Positions 26,700 to 40,311 of a stretch of DNA of 64,000 bases are shown in pieces. Location of the stretch: assembly GCF_024521635.1 (NCBI RefSeq), contig NW_026250448.1, positions 1-64,000 of the forward strand, given 5' to 3'. How positions within the stretch are numbered: the stretch's first letter is position 1; every line of letters starts with the position of its first letter. The translations under genes were made by a program, and so were the position numbers. The notes under the pieces are model-generated. The model was not told where the DNA came from. It ran no database searches and saw only the letters and a list, made by a program, of their open reading frames with translations. The DNA comes from Tricharina praecox. Lineage: Eukaryota.

Positions 26700-27025
26700 C
26701 TTTTTCTTTTCTTTGTGGAGTTGTGGAGTGAGATATAGGGAGGAGGATATGGTGGTGAGGAGTGCTCGAAGAGATCAGGCGGAGGAGGTGGATGGCCACG
26801 GCGTTATATACAGGTGGATGCGGAAAAGGAGAAGGTGGTGGTGGTGTGGACAGCATCGACGATCTGCACGCTTCCGTATAGCTATCAGCTATCAGCTACT
26901 CAGGTGGGGTATGATGCGTAAATGTCGTACGCATATTGCCATTCCCATCTGATCGGTACTTTTAGTGATCGAGTGACTTGTGCGCAATCCAACCCTCGCG
27001 TTGACTATGTACAGTACAGTCTCCA

Positions 27026-28362
27026 TTACCCCAAGAACATACAAACCGGCAGGCGATACACGCCGCCGACATCCCAATAGCGTCTCCTGACGCCCTTCCA
27101 CGTCTTCTCACTCACCACCCCCTTTCCCTTGCCCCTATCCCCCCCTTCCCCATCCTCCACATCAATCTCCACCTCCGTCCACGACGTCTCCAATCCAGCA
27201 TCGAGCAGATCGATCTCAACGACGCGAGTGTAGACGTCCCAGGAGACACGACGGTCTGCGCCGAGGCCGTGGAAGAAGCCGAAGCGTCCGTCGGGCGCGA
27301 GCAGCGCAATTACGAGCTCGTTAAAAAAAGTCTTGAGCGCGCTGTACGGCTCCGCAAACGTGTCGAAGTAGATCGCGTCGAAGGTGCGCCCGGAGGAGAT
27401 GAGGGGGAGGAGCGCCTGTGGGGGGTTGTGTGAGTGGGTTGTTGGAAGGGTGGGACGGGGATACAAACCTCCTGCCACCGGCCCTCCAGCACTGTGACAC
27501 CAGCCCGGTCCATCCACCCGTCCTTCCGCATCTTCGCCAGCACGTCGGGGTGCGCCTCGACGATGAAGTGTTCGCCGCCGCCCTCGGCGTTGAGCCGCTC
27601 CTGGAACGCGGTGTCGACAATGCCCATGCCGAAGCCGACATTGAGCACGCTCCTGCCAACCTTCCCATCCTCCCGCTCCCCACCCTCCCCCACCTCCCCC
27701 TTGGGCAACAACATCTCCACACTCTTCACCATAATCCCCGTCTCCCACTGCATCATCACACCATTCGCCTCGTCGTCCAGCAGTGTTTCGCCTGTATACA
27801 CGAGCTTGCTCGCGAGATACTTCTCCGCGTTAACATCCTCTGGCCCTCCCTCACCCAACCCATCCGCCAGCCCGCCCTGTGCCCCCCCATCCCCCTCCCC
27901 CCCATCTAGCGCCTCCCCGCCCTCCCCCTCCCCCTCGTCCCCACTGTCCTCATCATCATCATCATCATCATCATCATCACTCCCCAACACTCCAAACCTA
28001 GCCATAATCAGCTCGGCCCTCACGCCGGCCTCCACAAGCAACTGATAGGCCGCGCTCCCTGCGCCACCGGCACCTCCCGCCCGGAAAGCAATACAAGCGG
28101 GCGTATCCCCATTCGCATCGACGTCGTTCCAGATCGCGCCGTTGAGGAGGAGTAAGCGCACCGTTTCTGCGGCTGCGAGAGATTCGGAGGGGGGGGAGGT
28201 GGCGGACAGAGAGGAGACGGCCGCGTGCAGGGGCGTCGTGAGCGTGATGGGGGTTTGCACCTGCGCGCTGGTCGTCTTGAGGAGGGCGGTGAGTGTGGCG
28301 ATGTCGTGCGTCGAGGCCGCGTGCAGGAGTGCTGCGTCGGCGTCGGTCCAGGCAGGGTCCAT
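27026..28362 (-). CDS. RMT2: Protein arginine N-methyltransferase 2 (ankyrin + type IV PRMT)
   Basis: GAIWNDVD, LVEAGVRAE, NGVMMQWE, VLNVGFGMGIVD, EAHPDV, GRWQ, FDAIYFDTF and GLGADR motifs; intron 27468-27416. Confidence 0.95.
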
Positions 28363-28704
28363 GGCTAAGGGAGTGGTGGGGGAGCGGAAGGTTGGAGGTG
28401 GGACCTGGATGGCGGGCCGGATGGGTGGTGGGGGATAACTTTGGCATGGTGGGGCAGGTTGTTTGCAGGGTAAACTTCTATCGCAGAGCCGCACTTGCAG
28501 GCAGGCAGACAGGCGAAGCGAGAGCGTGGCCACTATGCGTCAACCACCACCGTTCGCGAGCGACATCACTTGCGCCCGAAGCCATCGTTCGGTTGCGTTG
28601 TAGAGTACAGTTCAGCCCATAGAACCACCATAGAAAGACACCGAGGTGGAAGAAAAAAAACACGTGTAGATATAGGTAGCAACAAGTGAAGACGAGCAAT
28701 CCGT

Positions 28705-29539
28705 CTAACCGCCCTTCCTGTCTCCCGCCGCCGACACCGGTGTCCCCATCCTCTTTCCCGTCTCCAGCTTCCGTCTCTCGCCCTCGAGCTGTTTGGGGTT
28801 GTGTCAGCAGTGCAGTCACAATCGCATTCCGCGCGGCGTTCGAAGTGGGGGACTGAACATACCACGTGCTTGACCCGATCCACCGCCTTCCTGTCGTTGC
28901 CCTTCACCTCCGCCAGCCCATACGGCTCCGAGATCATGACCGAGTCGAGCACCACAATCTGCTTTTCATGCCAACGACACGGCATGCTGTGTGCCCCTAT
29001 TAGCCCACGCCCCCCCTCCATCGGGAGGTCACTCACGTCCTGCTCAACGCATCGAATATATCCTGGCCCTCCCTAGTGACTCCCTTGCCGACTCTCGCGA
29101 GCCTCTTCATTTCCTCCGCTTGAGCCAGGCCCTCCCTCTGCGCGGGACCCCCAACACGCCCGATCTTCGGCTCGGCCCCCGCAAAGCCCTTGCGCGGCTG
29201 CGCGGCCACAGCGAGCACGGCCACGTCCTTGAGAAACGACACCTTGACGATGCGGATGTCGTGGGGGCCCGGGCCGGACGGCGTGCTCGACGTGATCACT
29301 GACACCGTCGACGTGTGCGCGTCGTAGGCATACACTGTGCCTGAGATGTGGTCGTCCAGGATCGTGGTTAGGCGGACGCTGCGAGGTCGGTGTTAGTCTG
29401 GAGGGGCGGGGGCGCGTGGAGGGGGCGGGTACCGGAGGCCAAGGGCCCAGTCCAGCGCGGCTAGGGGGTTGGGGCCTGGAGCGTTGTTGGCGGGGCCGCG
29501 GGCGGAGGAGGGGGTGACGGAAGTGGGACGGCGGTCCAT
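28705..29539 (-). CDS. LSM12: LSM12-like protein (Lsm fold + anticodon-binding domain), 3 introns
   Basis: Spliced: [82 protein letters not shown]. Confidence 0.85.
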
Positions 29540-30726
29540 TGTGGCTGTGGGCGTGGATTGGCGATGTACGGAGGATGGGATGATGGCGGGTGGGCGGGCG
29601 GGAATGGGGGCGGTTGGTTGGGTTGGTGGGTTGGGTGGTTGTTCGTTGGTGGTCGTCGTCGTCGTCGTTCGTGGGGATGATGGAGATTACTGGGACTGGA
29701 CTGGAAAGGAGCGACGGGACGGGAAAAGAACAGGCGAAAAAAAAAGAGCTGAGCGAGCTGACTGGCAGACACACGAAGAGGAAGGAAAAGAAAAGAGAAC
29801 CGAAACACAGCAGAAACCCGAGGTCGGCAGCTATCGTCACGAGGTATAAGTTTCGACGGGGCTGTAACCTGGCTAGAGTTGAGCCTCAAGTCGGAGTGTG
29901 GGGGGGGGGATTGGTGGAGGGGAGTGGACGATGCGGAGAGGAGGCGGGGACAGGGGGGCGGGCGCGCGAGGCGATGGGCGCAAGTGGGGGAGGCGAAGTG
30001 AGAATGGATGAATCGCTGTATGGAGGGGTATTTGGGGTCAATTAGGGGTGGGGAAGAGGGCTGAATTTGGGATTGCGCTTCAATGGGGACAGTTATCGAT
30101 TGTCGGTTTCGTGGTGGGGAGCGAGTGAGAGGCTGCGGCCGGCGCAGATAAGATTAGATCGATCTGATTGAGTGCATCTTGCGTGGCCCGCGGCATCTGA
30201 TATCTCTATCGCATCGCCAATCTTATCATGCGGCTCTCTCCTGCCCCGCAGTCCTTCGCCGAAACATGCCAGACAGCCAGTCCGCAACCGCAATTCGCAT
30301 TCGAGAGAGCCCGAAAGAAAACCAGATTCATCTTGATCGCCGCATCCATCGCGACATCCTGCCGCATTGTGGCTGTGATCCTCCTAGCAGTGCTCTAGAT
30401 CTCTTCTCCACCTCGTGCTCGCCGTCGTCATCTCGACCCAACAGAATTTTCTGACTTCGCCCATCCCGGTCGCCCGACAAGGAACCAAGACGAAAAAAAA
30501 AACAAACTCGCTATCTTCACCCAACCCCGATTGATCGATCGTCGGATACATAAGATCGTCTTCCTCCCGAACTCCTTCTCCTCTTCTGCTCCTTCTCTCC
30601 CTCTTCCAGCATCAAGCAGTCTCCGCACTTCGAACCCCACCACCACCGAACAGCACCCCCCACACCCGCCTCTTCTCGTATACGAGAATACCCACCGTGA
30701 CAAAGGGTCATACACGGATTGCACGC

Positions 30727-31162
30727 ATGCGATTGTTTCCCACCGTCTTCACTTCTCAGGTACGTGAATCATCAAGCACCCGTCTCCCGATCGATGTTGT
30801 CCGCTCCCTTTCCCCGCCTTCGAGGAGGAGTCATTAGTGAACGCACTAGACGGCGGGCTAGTGGCCGCACGCTGGCAATTCCGTGATCCTTCTTTTCACC
30901 TTTTTTTTCTTTCTCGCCTCTTGTTTTTCGTTTATCTGCTCGGCTTCCCTTCTTCAACCCCGTTCCTCCCCAGCTTCATATTGCATCCGTCCTTTCACAC
31001 TCTGCGGGAGAGGGAACTCTGTCTTTTGATCTGTGATCGATCGTGCTGACTTTCTCGAAGGATTACCTCTCAGGTATGCTCGTCACGATGATGCCTCCAT
31101 CGACAAGGACCTCGTCCACTGACAGTTGCGCAGACCACATCTGGAAGAACAGCTCAAACTAA
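30727..31162 (+). CDS. AAP: uORF encoding the arginine attenuator peptide (24 aa, 2 introns)
   Basis: Exons 30727-30759, 31061-31073 and 31134-31162 give MRLFPTVFTSQDYLSDHIWKNSSN*, with the AAP core TSQDYLSDHxW (D12, Y13, W19), stopping 75 nt before the CPA1 ATG. Confidence 0.95.
30828..30834 (-). promoter_or_regulatory. Candidate Gcn4/CPC-1 response element (ATGACTC) in uORF intron 1
   Basis: GAGTCAT on the + strand, in an amino-acid biosynthetic gene. Confidence 0.4.
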
Positions 31163-31237
31163 AACGCTACCCACACCGATCGCCACACTACACCTTCGTT
31201 CGAAAACAGAATTCCACCCGATTTCGTCCTAAACACA

Positions 31238-32680
31238 ATGCTTTCCCGACAGATCCTTCTCAGGGGCTTCAAGCCTTCCGCTGCGTTTGCCCGCAGGGGA
31301 CTCGCTACCGTTGTCAACACCGCCCACCAGGCGACTGGCGCCAGCACCCCCAAGACCATCAAGGATCGTGCTACCTTCACCATCAGGGTATGTCACCGTC
31401 GAGCACAAGGGCCTGTGCTATGTGGAACTAACCGTGTCTAGGGTGGACCCGTCTACCACGGCACCTCCTTCGGCGCCCGCCAGACCATCTCGGGCGAAGC
31501 CGTCTTCACCACCTCGCTCGTCGGCTACCCCGAGTCGATGACCGACCCGTCGTACCGCGGCCAGATCCTCGTCTTCACCCAGCCGCTGATCGGCAACTAC
31601 GGCGTCCCGTCGGACGTCCGCGACGACGCCGGCCTCCTCAAGTACTTTGAGTCCCCGCACATCCAGGCGGCCGGCATCGTCGTCGCCGACCACGCCGAGA
31701 AGTACTCGCACTGGACCGCGATCGAGTCTCTCGGCGACTGGTGCGCGCGCGAGGGGATCCCCGCCATCTCGGGCGTCGACACGCGCTCGATCGTCACGTT
31801 CCTCCGCGAACAGGGCTCGTCGCTCGCCCGCATCACCATCGGCGAGGAGTACGACGCCGACCAGGACGAGGCCTTCGTCGACCCCGAGCAGATCAACTTG
31901 GTGGCCAAGGTCAGCACCAAGCAGCCGTTCCACGTATCGTCGCCCGGCGACCTTCACGTCGCCGTCATCGACTGCGGCGTCAAGGAGAACATCCTGCGTT
32001 CCCTCGTCGCCCGCGGCGCCTCCGTCACCGTCTTCCCCTGGGACTACCCGATCCACAAGGTCGCCCACCACTTCGACGGCGTGTTCATTTCCAACGGCCC
32101 CGGCGACCCGACTCACTGCTCTCCCACCGTGCACCACCTGCGCAAGCTCATGGACACGTACTCCGGCCCGATCATGGGCATCTGCCTCGGGCACCAACTT
32201 CTCGCGCTCGCGGCCGGCGCCAAGACCGTAAAGCTGAAGTACGGCAACCGCGCCCACAACATCCCGGCGCTCGACCTGACCACGGGGCGCTGCCACATCA
32301 CGTCGCAGAACCACGGGTACGCGGTCGACATGAAGACGGTCCCTGCCGACTTCCAGGAGTACTTTGTCAACCTCAACGACGGGAGCAACGAGGGCATGAT
32401 CCACCGCACCCGCCCGATCATGAGCACGCAGTTTCATCCCGAGGCGAAGGGCGGACCGCTCGACTCCGCGTTCCTCTTTGATGCCTACATGGACAACTGT
32501 GAGACGTACAAGAGGGAGCAGGCGGGGATTATTCCGGCGAGGGTTGGAAGACCGAATCCTCTGCTCGTCGATATGCTCCCCAAGGAACGCGTCGGTGTCA
32601 AGCCGGAACATAAGATTGAGCCGTTTGCGGCCGCGGAGAAGGTCGTTGCTAGGGAGGCGGAGGTTGCGGCCGCGGCTTAG
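31238..32680 (+). CDS. CPA1: Carbamoyl-phosphate synthase, arginine-specific small (glutaminase) subunit, mitochondrial
   Basis: Basic presequence; intron 31388-31441; [51 protein letters not shown]. Confidence 0.98.
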
Positions 32681-34144
32681 GACGGAACATGATGGGTTGG
32701 GTTAAGGTGTTAATTTGGGTTGGGTTTTTTTCTTTCACTTTTCTTTCCTTTATATTGGATCTGCTCGGCTTGCAGTGATGGGATGGCGGATGTGCTGGTC
32801 CTGTTGAAATTGAAATACCATGATCTTTTTTTCCCTCATGAGTGCGAATGGAATGTGATGTGATCTGCTTTGACGTGTTGTGATGTGAATTGAATAGAGC
32901 TGCTGAGAGTGAGAGTTGCTGACAGTTGGAGACTTGCGGAGAGGGGGGGAAGGTCAGGGTTTGGGACGGCGGGGATTGGGTTTGGGAAGGCGCAGTGTGG
33001 GGAATCCTGGTACTTGCTGCCGGATCTTCGGGAGTGGTGCCGCTGTGCGCTCGGTCCTTGTCTCGAGAGGGGGTTCCTAGGGAAGGCGTTCTCTGAAGGG
33101 GTTCCGAATGGTTCGGAAGGAGGGAAAAGAAGGGATCCGCGAAGAAGCGGTTTTCTGTAGACGGGAATCGTGAAGTCTGTATATATTGGGGCCGTGCTTA
33201 CGTTTGTGGTGGTTAATAGTCATCTCGAGTAGATATTCGAGGCTTCCTTCACATGCGACTCTCACTACTACCGGTGGTGGAGAAGTTACTGCTGAAGCTC
33301 GGACGCGACGCAACGGCTCTCCTCCACGGCACCCCCATAGAGTACTCTACCGATAGTCATTCATACAAAGCTCTCCAGCGACGGTTTTATTGTGCGGTAT
33401 ACGGGCCCTCCTCGATGGACTGCGACCGCGAGTCCGCGAGCACTCCTCCAGCCCCCGCATAGTCACGGCACATACCCATGCCACACCCCACTGTGCAGAC
33501 GAGCCACCAACGACGGCGACGGCGGCTTATGTACCCCGTACTCCACCTTGTGCCTATGTGGGTAGTCTACCCCACATTCTCCACAGTCTCACCTGCCACA
33601 CTCTGCACTCTCCTGAGTCCCGAGTCGACAGCGGACACCTCCCGCATCCGGCGATACCCCAGCCATTCTCGAATCTCGATGGTTATAAGTTACATACATG
33701 CAAGTTACAACCTCCCTGCAACCTCCCTGCAAAGTCGAGAGGATGTGCGTGGGACCGGGGTATCTATCAGCACTGAGATGTGAGCACAGAGAGGTGGGCT
33801 GATGTGGCCCATCGAGGATCTGCCTCTGCCGGGCTGCCAGACTGCCACTCGACGGTCGAAGTGGAGTGGAGTACGTGCTCCCCCTCCTCCCAGTGCCCCC
33901 CATCCCCACAGCACAACAGCAGCACAACAGCACAACAGGACGGAAAAAGAGCTTGGCTGCAGCAACTTGCAGGACTCCGTTATTTTTGTTATTACACATT
34001 ATTCAGCATTCCCCCGCACGAGACGAGGGTGTGCGACGTGCTTAAAAGCCTTCTTGTCCCGCTCCTGCTCCTGCTCCCCCCTCAACCGTCTCACCGCCGC
34101 CTCTCCACCCTCACCCTCACCCTCAACCGAAAAACAGAAAAGCG

Positions 34145-34455
34145 ATGATCCCCATCCTCCGCCTGGCCCCGCGCCTGATGACATCGAACCCAGCCATGCG
34201 GCAGCAGCTCCGCCGCGAAGGCCACTGCATCCCGCACGCGGAGCGGATGGTCAAGTCGGGGGCGCCGGGGATCGGATGGATCGGCGTGGTTGCTGCTGCT
34301 GGCGGGCTGACGGGCGGGTTTTGCGCTGCTTTGGTGAGTTCCTCCGTCTAACGGGGGGGTATAAAGGGAGGCGGGGGGAGGTGGGGAGTGAAGAGGGATG
34401 AGAGGGCTGACGAGATGGTGGGATGGGATAGGCCTGGGCGGATCCGGGACGGTAA
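34145..34455 (+). CDS. 70-aa single-TM microprotein, possibly mitochondrial
   Basis: Exons 34145-34333 and 34432-34455; intron GTGAGT..GCTGAC..TAG; basic N-terminus, TM GIGWIGVVAAAGGLTGGFCAAL, tail AWADPGR*. Confidence 0.55.
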
Positions 34456-35536
34456 ATGCTTTGCGAACTGGGGATCAGGGAGGGGGAGGGGGGAGGGGGA
34501 TTGTGGGGGGAGGGCGTTCTTGCTTTTGCTTTTGCTTTTTGCTTGTTGTTTTGTTTTTGCTGGCGGGGATGGGCGGGGATGGGATGGAGATGGGGATGGA
34601 GATGTCCATTGGAAATTACTCGACAGACTTGCAGTTCTTCCGACTTCGTTGCTTCTGTGCTTCTGCCGTCGATGTAGATGGTGGGGAATACTATACCTAC
34701 CTAGGGATACTAGGAATGCATCCGTTTATCTGAATACATACACGCAATACACGCAATACACGCGATTGGAACTTGAACTCGCACTCGACGATCCTATTGC
34801 TTTGTAGAGTCCTCGGCGAGCTGCAATCCTCATACTCTTCGTCCTCGAGGTGCGTCCACCTATAACCGGAGACCTCTCCCAGGCTCCCAGCAATCCCTAG
34901 CAATTCCCAAACGAAAAATCACAGAGTATCGAGTATGGAGTACCGTATCCACGCCACCCACGGGCCACGGCAGATCACGATTCACGAACATACGCACGAA
35001 GTAACGACAGTACAATCAATACACTGGGGCGGAATATGCCCGGACTTCCAGCGCACTCGGCACCTCTCGAGTCTCGACGGAAACCCACAGAAACCCACGG
35101 AAAGCCCGAATGCTCAACGGATACCCGCGAGTGCGGAGTGCGGAGTGCTCGAACTTGGTCGCTTCGGGCTGGGGCTCGGGCTCGGGCTCGCGAGTCGTGA
35201 TGCTGGGAATCTGGGATATCGCGATTGGAGATTCTCGATCGGCTCGGTCACCGGTGGCGTGCGGCGTAAGCGAGTACCTATACAAAGACTGAAGATGAAG
35301 GATGAAGGATGAAGGGTGAAGGCCGAGGATCTCCGTCGCCACTGCTGGCAATGGACACTGGAGTGGGCACTGGGTTTCACTCCACTTGCAGCTGTTGTCC
35401 GGACATGTCACGATCACTATCACACAGTCTATCACTCGCATCATCTCATTTTTATGACGGCAACGGAAAATTGTTTTTTTTGGTGCGCTACAAGTACAAC
35501 TCCCCCGAAAGGAGTCTGTGCAGTCTGCTGCTGCCA

Positions 35537-36812
35537 TTACGACAGGTAGCTCATATCTGCCCAGGTGGTGTAAGTGCTTCCTAGCACGTTTGCGGCGGTT
35601 TCCGGTGCTGTGAGCTGCGATGAGAACGAGGCCTGGGGGTGTCAGTACTAGTCTGCACGGGAAATGGGGAATGGGAGATGGGAGATAGTGGGGATAGTGG
35701 GGATAGTGGGGACGTACCCGGGTGCCTTGCGAACCCGTGCCGGTGTTCAGATACTCGCGGTAGTACACGTTGTCGGTGCGGGGATCGCCGCTGTTCCACT
35801 GCACCCAGCCGGCGGAGTTGACGACGGCGCTCATGGAGGTGCGCTGGAAGACGACTGCAGATGTGTTAGCTGCTTCCAGCACGGCAGAGTTGGGGGGCTG
35901 CAGACCTCTAGAGTAGTTCCTCCACGGGCGGCCGAGGTACGTAGAGCCGGCGGCGATCGTGACACCCGGCGCGGCCTGGATGTCGGAGTCGGTGATGACG
36001 TAGTAGCTCACGTTGCTCTCGCTATCCCTTCCGTTGGCGGTGATGTAACCCGTTCCCTTGATGCGGATGTCGGCCTTATAGAACCAAGCGCGCGCGCGCT
36101 GTCCAAAGATGAAGTCGGTGGCGCCGTCGATGTAGCAGCGTGCGTAGATCTGGTTGCCCTCGTTCGCGAGAATCGTGTCCTGGTACCCGATGAACTGCAC
36201 GCCGTAGTAGCCCTGCTGCGTGGCCTGCGCGGAGACGGCGAGCGCCTGGCTCCCGTTGCCCCGTGTGTTCTTGAGGTTGATGTTGTACACCTTTAGCCCG
36301 ACGTTGTGAGCGCGAAGTGTCGCTGTTAGGTCGTTGCTGGAGACGTCGTCCTGCGAGAGCCCCTGCGTGATAGTCACGGTGTTGGACGTGTATGTGCTCG
36401 TGTCCGTGGTGTAGCCGTAGACGGTGAGCTGTGCGGTGCGCGCGGCGATGTAGACTTGCTCGTTGTAGGTTCCCTAGAACCGGTCAGTATCTGCCGCGGG
36501 GATTCAAGGATGGTGGATGCACACCTGGTAGATGAAGATGCACTGAGTCCCGGTTGCAGTGGTGCTCAGCGAGTTGACGGCTGCTTGGAACTGTTCTCAT
36601 CAGCCACCGCACTTTAACCCGCTTCGACACGCAGCACATACCGTGGAGTACTCCCCAGTTCCAGCTGACTGCCGCACGACTGTGCATCCGGTGGGAGGCG
36701 AGGTCCTTCCAGCTCTGCGCATGTACTGTTTCTTGCCTGGATTAGGCGCAGCGGAGACGACGCCCAGCAGCACAGTGGCCGCCACGAATACCGAACTGAG
36801 GTGGAAAAACAT
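35537..36812 (-). CDS. Secreted pectin methylesterase (CE8), 4 introns
   Basis: Signal peptide; GTYNEQV, QALA, YQDT, GATDFIFG and YLGRPW motifs; last exon ends ...WADMSYLS*. Confidence 0.95.
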
Positions 36813-39800
36813 CGTCGGGGAAGGAGTGCGAAAAGAATTGCAGTGGAGGATGTAGATTATGCCGGTCCTTCCTCCTGGTTTTATACCCATCGTCTCTGCA
36901 ATCCCTCCGCTGTCAATCGCTCGCTCGGCTCGGTGTCATGGCGATTGTCCGAATCGCATCGTAACCGACTACGGAGTATAAACTCACCGAGGCATTCTTC
37001 ACCCCCGCCACCCCCGGCCCCTGCCCATGTCTTCCCTAGCCCCGCTACTTTGTCCCCACATACATTGCGGGGAAATATACTCTACTCGCCTAGATATTAA
37101 GCGGAGGTGTGTCTGGACCGCGTGGGGAAATCGAGCTGGTGTGAAACGCTTATTTGCCCGCAGGTCTCGGCCCTGCTAGAGTGCAGCGCGGAATCGAAGG
37201 AGCTGGGTTCCGGACACTATATTACATGCCAGATTTGACGGGGCCGGGTTGGGGGTTCGGGCGCTCGGGCTATCGAGGGGATCCGGATCGGCGGGTGTCG
37301 TAGTTAGATACGTCGTTGTCGCAGAGAGAGCGCAGGGCTGTGGAAGGAAGGAAGGAAGGCCGTCAATCTCAATGGAAACCCACAAGGCGCGAATCCCACC
37401 ATCTTCGCAATTTCCCGTTCGCGGATCCCCATAGGTAGGTAGTAGTTACCTCTGCATCCGCTGCTCTCGCCGTATCACGATTCGCACCACCGGCTCTCGT
37501 CGCCGTCCCTACGGGCCCGTTCGCGGCTATTCAGCTTCGGTGTTCGGTGTTCGGTGTCCACCGTCCAGTCCCGCTGACGCGACGCCACCATGCAGGTACG
37601 ACGCCACCATGCACGCACGCAGTTCAGCCGCCATCCTCGTGCCTCGTGCCTCGTATACCGGAAACCTTCTCATGTACGCGTCATTCTTATTCATCCGCCC
37701 GGATACGTCCAGCACTGATTGATCGATTGATTGATGCCCTCCCTGCCTGCAGGTCGGATGCAGCTGTGAATTTTGCCAGATTTTATGTATGTACGTTCCC
37801 CCACATGCCCATCTGGGAAGTTGGCCATGCCGGTGGGTATTCAATATTCCGGGGAAGCGAGCGTGTGGGGTCCCCCGCTCCAGCTGCCTGGGTTCGGGTT
37901 TTTCTCTGCGCTCCGAGATTCCGAGCGCGATGGGAGTGGGTGTACGGTCGTGCTTCTCACGCCGCGTGGCCGGAGGCATCCGATTTCATCCCAGCTCTGT
38001 CTCCCATGGCCTGCCTCTTTCTCGGTCCCACCCTCAGTCGATTCCTTTTCGCATCCGGCTGGTATCAGGTACCACCAGCACCAGCCGCGAACAACGAGCG
38101 ATGACTGGATTACACTGCGGTTCACCGTTCGCACAAGCACAAGCACCGCTTCCGACTCCCGAGAAGCGAGCTCGGATTATCTACCCTCCGGAATCCCGTG
38201 TCCCGCGTCTGCGTCCGTGTAGGTGGGTAGGTGACACCGTGACACATGCCCGGCAGATCTATCGGTGGGTTTCGCCCTCGGATTTTAGAACTGGTGTTAC
38301 ATATCGCTGCTCATTGGGATTCTGTGCGTCCACGGCGTGATGACTTGGGGTGACGGGCCTCACGATACACAGTGTGACAGGGGCTATGATGATGATGAGA
38401 AGAAAACAAAACGAGCCGGACGAACAGAAATAGTGACAGCAGAAAGTTGAAACATTTAAACGTTGAGCGACCATATCGGGTCTCGCCTCGATAATACTGG
38501 GCATCTCCGCCATAACTCCTCCATAACAGTTGGTCCCACCAGGTCCCCACAAGGCCCCACCCAGGCCCCGACTAGGTCTCCCCAATCTTCGGCGCTCACG
38601 GAAGACACCAATCCGCCTCAGTCTCTACGCCCCTCACCAGGAGGCGGGGGAGTGGGGGCACCAGATGCGGGTACTGCCATAGCAGAAGGATATCACATCT
38701 CCGGCACCGTAGCTGCTCCCCATCACGGGTGCGCTGCTCACAACATCTCGCACAGAGTCGCAGACTTCGTATGTAACCATGCAAACTTGCGAGATCTCAT
38801 ATTTCACGGTATGAGCCTTCTCCTCGGACTGAAACCACCACTTCTATCAAGTACTAACTTGAGGGCCGTTCAACACATCACCGCACCCCGATACCAGAGC
38901 ACTGTCAGCTCTCTGATAGTCCCTTCGGCGACTCCAGGCTCCAGGCTCCAGCGGCTTTGCCTTGCGCAGTCCGCGCGGACGGTTGTCTGCTTGGAAGTAG
39001 GTACTATACATGAACTAGCACTCGGCGCCAGCATGCTGCTACTTTTTGAAACTGGGAGAACAACTTGACTTGATTGATATAATGATACGAGAAGATGAGA
39101 AAGGAGACTGCTTATAAAGGGATACGAGCTCGTGTAAACAATGAGATAAAGCCAGGCCTCAGACAGAGGATGCGACGATAGCCGTCGCCGTCGCCGGACT
39201 CGCGCTGGGGGCCTAAACTGTAGAGAGGTTGATTCTGGTGAGAAGCCAGGACAATGCTAGTAAGCCAGGAAGGCCATGAAGACTGCATATCTGACGAGGA
39301 GAAGGGACTGAGGATAAAGAGAAGTAGCAGTGACACCGGAACAGGCAATACGACGCACAATAGCAAGGTTCAAAACTGCCAGTTGGGGACGAACGGCCGC
39401 AAGGGTCATTGTTGCGAGTTGGATCTGGCGGAAGCGGGTCGGCGGCGGTCCATGCAGTCCATACAGTCTATAGTACGTAGCGTACTTTAAACCCGTCTTC
39501 CTTTCCGTCCTAGGAGTCTGTAGTTAGTTTTCCGCGAGTGATCGCGGCATGAACCATGTACCGAGGTACGATCCTACCCCTCGTGTCGCGGTTTTGTTTT
39601 CAACATGCCAGATTCGAGTGAAACCGCAATGCTTCTATCCGCCGCACGACCCGATGGCAAGGGAATGTCGACGGTTTCGTCCTCAGATCCGCCGTGCATC
39701 CGTGTGGATCGGAGCGGGACCTGCGGTTCGCCAACAGCGGGGGAGCGCTGAGGGAAGATGCGAACTCGGGGCCGAAGCCGACCTGCTTCCTTGTTGCCCT

Positions 39801-40194
39801 CCCAGACTCCCAGCGCTCTGGGTGGATCCCGGGAACCGGGTATTGAATACCTACCTCGGTACCGTTGCGGTAAGACCCTCCCGGCAGGGGTACTGTGGAT
39901 CGATATGTTTATTCTGATGTTTCTCGAATGCTGGGGAGGATGTTGTATGGGTATGTGCTCGCCGGTCCAACATCTAGATTCTAACACTCTCGGGAAAGAT
40001 AACATGTTACATACACCCTTTCATCGGCTCCGCTCTGCTATGAGAGGAAAACATGTAGGATAGATGGAGGATCCGGTAAGATAGGAGACGGAGAGGCTAG
40101 CCGGATGGGTTGATCTGACTGGTTTTGTTGTCAGCTAGACTAGCCGGATCGCGGGACATCGAACGTTGTAGGGAGCGGAGGAGAGCCGTATGAC

Positions 40195-40311
40195 ATGGCT
40201 CTTCGAAGTTGAATAGAACCTCAAATTCTCATTCATTCTTCATTTCGCCATGAGATGGCTCGTCGAAGTTGAATAGAACTTCAAATCCTCATTCATTCTT
40301 CATTTCCCCAT
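40195..40311 (+). repeat. 60-bp tandem duplication
   Basis: ATGGCTCNTCGAAGTTGAATAGAACYTCAAATYCTCATTCATTCTTCATTTC twice. Confidence 0.9.

Noticed and set aside
31418..32611. 397-aa antisense ORF and other overlapping ORFs on CPA1
   Set aside because: Shadow of a GC3-rich coding strand
27026..32680. Arginine-themed cluster (RMT2 near CPA1)
   Set aside because: Protein arginine methylation and arginine biosynthesis are unrelated pathways; adjacency is likely coincidental
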